Shown here: positions 59,714-64,000 of the stretch, one piece after another | How positions within the stretch are numbered: position 1 is the stretch's first letter | Layout: each line of letters begins with the position of its first letter | Notes under the pieces: generated by a model | Told to the model about the DNA's origin: nothing | Databases searched by the model: none | What the model saw: the letters and a program-made list of their open reading frames with translations, nothing else | Origin: Candidatus Sericytochromatia bacterium | Lineage (GTDB): Bacteria > Cyanobacteriota > Sericytochromatia > S15B-MN24 > UBA4093 | Length of the DNA stretch: 64,000 nucleotides | Direction: 5' to 3' | Assembly: GCA_036676985.1 (NCBI GenBank) | Contig: JAKFBU010000067.1 | Location: 1-64,000 of the forward strand | Program-made: the position numbers and the translations under genes

Positions 59714-62700
59714 CCACCTTTCCCCTCATCAAGCGCAAGCTCAAGGCTCCTGCGGTGCCCGACACCTTCGTCCGGCGCCCGGGCCTCGTCGAGCGTCTGA
59801 CGGAGGGACTCGATCCCCGCAAGAAGCTCACCTTCGTCTGTGCGGGACCGGGCTACGGCAAGAGCACCACGGTGGCGGACTACGTCAAGGGCACGGGGGC
59901 CCGTCACTGCTGGATCAACCTGGAGCCCTTCGACGCGGACCTCACATCCTTCCTGCACTACCTGATCGGCGGGGCCACTGCCGCCTGGCCCGAGGCCACG
60001 AGCCCGGCCCGCGAGCTGCTGTCCGCCACCGCCAACCCGGAGGCCATCGTCCCGAACCTCATGGGCCTCTTTGCCGAGGAGCTGGGCGATCGCGGCGAGG
60101 AGCCCTTCGTGCTCGTCCTGGACGACTTCCATGCGGTCCAGGACTCCGAGCCCGTGGTCAAGGCGCTGGAGGCGTTCGTCGGCTATCAGCCGGAGAACGT
60201 GCAGCTCGTCGTCATCTCGCGCAGCCAGGTGCCCCTGCGCCTGCCCCAGATGAAGGTCCGGCAGCAGCTCGTGGAGCTCGGCATCCCCGAGCTGCGCTTC
60301 AACCCGCCCGAGGTGGGGGACCTGATCCGCTCGGTTTCGGGCCGCGAGCTCGCACCGTCCGAGGCAGAGGCCCTCTTCGCCTCGACGGAGGGCTGGGCCG
60401 CGAGTCTCATCCTCGCTGCGCAGCAGGAGGGCCAGCTCGCGCTGCCCCTGGAGGGCGCGCCGTCCCTCTTCGACTACCTGGCCCAGGAGGTCTTCTCGGA
60501 CCTGCCCGAGGAGCGCCAGGAGTTCCTCTTGCGCACGTCGCTCTTGCCCACGGTCGATCCCGAGGTCTGTGAGGCGGTGCTCGGCTTGCCGCAGAGCGAA
60601 GCCACGATCCAGGTCTTGCGCCGCTCTAACCTGCTCTTGAGCCGGGGTGAGGCGAGCGAGAGCTATTACCATCCTATCTTTCAGGCCTTCCTCCACGCCA
60701 AGCTTCAGGAGCACCTGAGCCAGGAGGATGAGCGGGCCTTGCGCGCGCGCATCGGCGCCCACCTGCGCTCGGAGCATCCGGAAGACGCGCTTTCGGTCTA
60801 TCTGGACGGCAAGCTCCACGCCGAGGCCGCCGAGGTGGTGGCGGAGCTGGCCCCCCACTACATCGCGCAGTTCCGCCTGGAGGCCCTGGATCGGATCCTC
60901 CGGCGTTTCCCGCCCGAGGTGCTCGAGGCCTCGCCCTGGCTCCTGCTGCACGCGGGCGACGTGCAGCGGCTCTGGGGGCAGTCCGACGCGGCCCTGACCC
61001 GCTTCGAGCGCGCCGAGTCGCTCGCCCGCGAAGCGAAGGACAAGGCAGCGGAGGGCCGAGCACTCGCCTATCAGGCGGCGGTCTGGGGCAGCCGCGGGGA
61101 CGCCCGGCTCAAGGAGCTCTCCGAGCGGGCGCTCGAGGTCCTGCCCGAGGGCGAGCTCGCCGGGCGGGCCTTCGCCTGGAACGCCCTCGGCATGTCCTTC
61201 CAGATGGCGAACGACGTCAAGGCGGCGCTCGCCGCCTTCGAGCAGGCCTTGGACTTCTACCGCCAGGCCGAGGATCCCATCGGCCAGAGCAAGATTCTCC
61301 ACAACATGGGCCTCGCCTATACGCGCCTGGGTGACTTCGCCCGGGCGTCGGCCACCTACCGCGAGTCCATCCGGCAGGCCGAGATGGCCGGCCGCCGCGC
61401 GTATCCGGCCACCTATAACAACCTCGCGGCCATCCATCACTCCCTGGGCGAGTTCCAGGAGGGGTGGTCGGCGGCCGAGCAGGGCCTCACGCTCGCGCAG
61501 CAGCTGGGGGCGCGCCGGGACGAGCTCTGGACCATCCTGACGCTCGGCATGATGGCAAGCGCTCTCGGTCAGCAGGCCAAGGCGGACGATCTCTTCCAGC
61601 GCGCACGGGAGGGCGCCGTCTCCATGGGCGATCGCCCGCTGGAGGCGCAGGCCCTGAGCGGCCTTTCGGAACTCGCGCGCCTGCAGGGGCGCCTGGACCG
61701 GGCCCTGGAACTGTTGAATCAGGCGATCGCCCTGCGCGGCATGCCCATCGAGGCCCCGGGCATGGTGGATCTGCAGATCCCCATGGGCCAGCTGTCCCTC
61801 GAGCGGGGCGAATGGGATCGGGCCCTCGAGGTGCTCGGGCTCGCCCGCAAGACGCTCGAGGCCCAGGGCCTCCGCTACCGGCTCGCCCAGGTCCTCTTCT
61901 ACGAGGCGCGCGCTCTCCGGGCCAAGGGGGACGGACTCCACGCCGAGCGGCTGCAAGAGGCCCGGACCCTCTGCACGGCGAACGGCTACGCGTATTTGCT
62001 CGCCCAGGAGCCCGAGCCTACGCCCGATGCCCCGCCGGCCGACGCGCCGGAGGTCGTGAAGGTGGTGCCCGTCGCCACGGAGCCCGGCCTCAGCATCCGC
62101 TGCTTCGGGACCTTCGAGGCCGCCACCGACGGGGGCGCGATCGCCACCAAGCAGTGGCAGGGCACCAAGACCAAGCTCGTGCTCGCGTTCCTCCTGCACC
62201 ATCGGCAGGGCGTCACGCGCGAGCAGCTGGCCCAGCTCCTCTACGGCGACGAGGACGTCTCGCGTTCGGCGATCCTCATGATCATCAGTCGCCTGCGCCA
62301 GGCCCTGGAGCCGGACCTCGCGAAGAACGCCCCGTCACGCTTCATCCAGTGGCGGGACGGCAGGTACTTCTTCAACTTCGGCGCACCCTACCGCCTGGAC
62401 GTTCAGGAGTTCGAGTTCCACCTCGAGCAGGCCAAGGCCGACGGGCTCTCCGCCGTTCAGCAGATCGAGGAGCTGTCCCGGGCGCTGGGTCTGTATCGTG
62501 GCCGCTACCTCAAGGACATGGACGAGAGCCTCTGGGTGCAGTCGGTCCAGGAGCACTTCCACCAGCGGGCACTCGCGGCCTTCCAGCGCGTGATCGCCTT
62601 CCACGCGGAAAAGGGAGATCACCAGCAGGCCATGGACTGGGCCGACCGGACGATCGCCGTGGACAGTTGCGCCGAGTTCGCCCACCAGGCGAAGATGCGG

Positions 62701-62841
62701 GCCTTGCACCAGCTCGGCAACCGGCAGGGCGCCATCCGGCACTTCCAGCAGCTCGAAGAGCTCCTGCAGCAGGAGCTGGGCGTCGATCCGGCTCCCGATA
62801 GCCGCCGACTCTACGAGCAGATTGTCTCCGGAAAAGTTTGA
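59710..62841 (+). CDS. MalT-like STAND ATPase + TPR + C-terminal wHTH/BTAD regulator
   Basis: AGPGYGKST, LVLDDFH, TEGWAA, FDYLAQEV; TPRs; RCFGTFE, LDVQEFE, LYRGRYL, QELGVDP. Confidence 0.9.
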   Translation: MTTFPLIKRKLKAPAVPDTFVRRPGLVERLTEGLDPRKKLTFVCAGPGYGKSTTVADYVKGTGARHCWINLEPFDADLTSFLHYLIGGATAAWPEATSPARELLSATANPEAIVPNLMGLFAEELGDRGEEPFVLVLDDFHAVQDSEPVVKALEAFVGYQPENVQLVVISRSQVPLRLPQMKVRQQLVELGIPELRFNPPEVGDLIRSVSGRELAPSEAEALFASTEGWAASLILAAQQEGQLALPLEGAPSLFDYLAQEVFSDLPEERQEFLLRTSLLPTVDPEVCEAVLGLPQSEATIQVLRRSNLLLSRGEASESYYHPIFQAFLHAKLQEHLSQEDERALRARIGAHLRSEHPEDALSVYLDGKLHAEAAEVVAELAPHYIAQFRLEALDRILRRFPPEVLEASPWLLLHAGDVQRLWGQSDAALTRFERAESLAREAKDKAAEGRALAYQAAVWGSRGDARLKELSERALEVLPEGELAGRAFAWNALGMSFQMANDVKAALAAFEQALDFYRQAEDPIGQSKILHNMGLAYTRLGDFARASATYRESIRQAEMAGRRAYPATYNNLAAIHHSLGEFQEGWSAAEQGLTLAQQLGARRDELWTILTLGMMASALGQQAKADDLFQRAREGAVSMGDRPLEAQALSGLSELARLQGRLDRALELLNQAIALRGMPIEAPGMVDLQIPMGQLSLERGEWDRALEVLGLARKTLEAQGLRYRLAQVLFYEARALRAKGDGLHAERLQEARTLCTANGYAYLLAQEPEPTPDAPPADAPEVVKVVPVATEPGLSIRCFGTFEAATDGGAIATKQWQGTKTKLVLAFLLHHRQGVTREQLAQLLYGDEDVSRSAILMIISRLRQALEPDLAKNAPSRFIQWRDGRYFFNFGAPYRLDVQEFEFHLEQAKADGLSAVQQIEELSRALGLYRGRYLKDMDESLWVQSVQEHFHQRALAAFQRVIAFHAEKGDHQQAMDWADRTIAVDSCAEFAHQAKMRALHQLGNRQGAIRHFQQLEELLQQELGVDPAPDSRRLYEQIVSGKV

Positions 62842-62941
62842 GCCACGATTTTTCGCACGTGACCGGCATGTGATCGCCCATGTTAGCGGGCGCCACTAAC
62901 ATCCTCCTTGTCAAGGCCACACGACCCGACAGGAGGACCCC

Positions 62942-63808
62942 ATGCGTTACGCCCGCCTTGCTCTTGCGCTCATCGCTTCGTCCATCGCCGTCTCCCCGCT
63001 GACGGGCTGTGTCATCTCCGATCGGAGCATCTACGTCGGCGAGCCCATGACGGGCCATGCCGGTACCACGACCCGCGCCTCGGGCCAGGTCTTCGAGATG
63101 ACCGGGTCCAGCCTCTTCGATGCCCAGCACGCCGTCAACCGCTATCTCACCCTGCACTACCCCACGGCCGACCTGGTCCGCATCAACGCCTTGATGGTCG
63201 GCACCAACGCCAAGATCGCCAAGACGAGCGCGTGGGAGTTCACCTACCGCGTGAAGATCCAGACGGCCGACCCCGCGCCCTCGGCCACGCCGGTGCCCAC
63301 CCCGAGCGCGAGCCCGAGCTTCGGTCTCCAGGCCGTCACCATCCCCACCACCTACCAGTATCGCCTGCTCACGTTCGTCTACACCGGCGCCGGCCAGCTC
63401 TTGGCCCCCGAAGAGGTGGACGACACGGGCGACACGCTCGCCAAGATCGACTTCAACCGTGCGATCCAGCTGAGCAAGGCCATCGACACGGCCCTCGATA
63501 TCGGCATGGGCGTCGGCGACCCCGGCATGCAGGTGACGCTCCGGACCACCGTGAACGGCGGAGCCGTCTACGAGATCGACTCCAGCGTCGGCACCCGCCA
63601 GATCCTCGGCTACTACGACTACCCGAGCCGCGGCTCGTCGTACGATCGCTGGGATGACGACAGCTACGACGAGGACGATTACTACTACTACCCCACGCCC
63701 GCTCCCAAGCCGACGGCCACTCCGACTGCCAAAACCGCGTATGTTCGGGGTAAATACTTGATCGATGCCTACACCGGAGCCATACTTGAGCGGCCGAACA
63801 GGCTCTAG
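62942..63808 (+). CDS. Lipoprotein with PepSY-like elements
   Basis: SD AGGAGG, lipobox LTGC, IQLSKAIDTA and YLIDAYTGAIL, Pro/Thr tracts. Confidence 0.8.
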   Translation: MRYARLALALIASSIAVSPLTGCVISDRSIYVGEPMTGHAGTTTRASGQVFEMTGSSLFDAQHAVNRYLTLHYPTADLVRINALMVGTNAKIAKTSAWEFTYRVKIQTADPAPSATPVPTPSASPSFGLQAVTIPTTYQYRLLTFVYTGAGQLLAPEEVDDTGDTLAKIDFNRAIQLSKAIDTALDIGMGVGDPGMQVTLRTTVNGGAVYEIDSSVGTRQILGYYDYPSRGSSYDRWDDDSYDEDDYYYYPTPAPKPTATPTAKTAYVRGKYLIDAYTGAILERPNRL

Positions 63809-63836
63809 GTCCGTTCCGCCGAGAGGGGGTGACGAG

Positions 63837-64000
63837 GTGCGCCTACCAACCATAGTCCTCAGCTTCAGCCTGATGGCGGCCTCGGTCGCGATCGCAGGGT
63901 GTCCAGGCTTCCCGATTCCCGGGCAGTCCCCGGCGCCCTCGGACCCGACCAAGCAGTTCAACGTGGACGTCGAGAAGCAGGAGCTCAACCAGCTCATCGA
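63837..64000 (+). CDS. Lipoprotein, truncated at window end
   Basis: GTG start after GAGGGGGT; MRLPTIVLSFSLMAASVAIAGCPGFP. Confidence 0.65.
   Translation, partial: MRLPTIVLSFSLMAASVAIAGCPGFPIPGQSPAPSDPTKQFNVDVEKQELNQLI

Overview
High-GC bacterial chromosomal window, mostly housekeeping and metabolic genes: tRNA-Phe, tRNA-Glu, aconitase, a methylmalonyl-CoA mutase/epimerase/biotin-carboxylase operon, mutY, mutM, GH57 amylopullulanase, sdaAB-sdaAA, pgi/pfkA and moeA-moaC-mog. About 17 predicted lipoproteins are interspersed. Highlights: (1) three tandem paralogous lipoproteins next to tRNA-Phe, plus a fourth distant one, share the layout lipobox / Pro-Ala-rich linker / Y-x-[VT]-Q-Q / variable Arg-rich C-terminus, resembling a pre-pro-peptide system; one payload has a CX3C-X15-CX3C alpha-hairpinin pattern; (2) a complete clade II N2O-reduction cluster with a duplicated nosB flanking a lipoprotein NosZ, a NosL lacking a lipobox and no linked electron-transfer genes; (3) an orphan translocator-like protein, a triple-HTH regulator, two STAND-TPR signalling proteins and several candidate operators. 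I found no integrase, transposase, rRNA or CRISPR array. Beta-barrel-like proteins suggest a diderm; the lipoprotein style is reminiscent of Sericytochromatia, but that is an unverified impression. All calls come from motif reading, not database searches.
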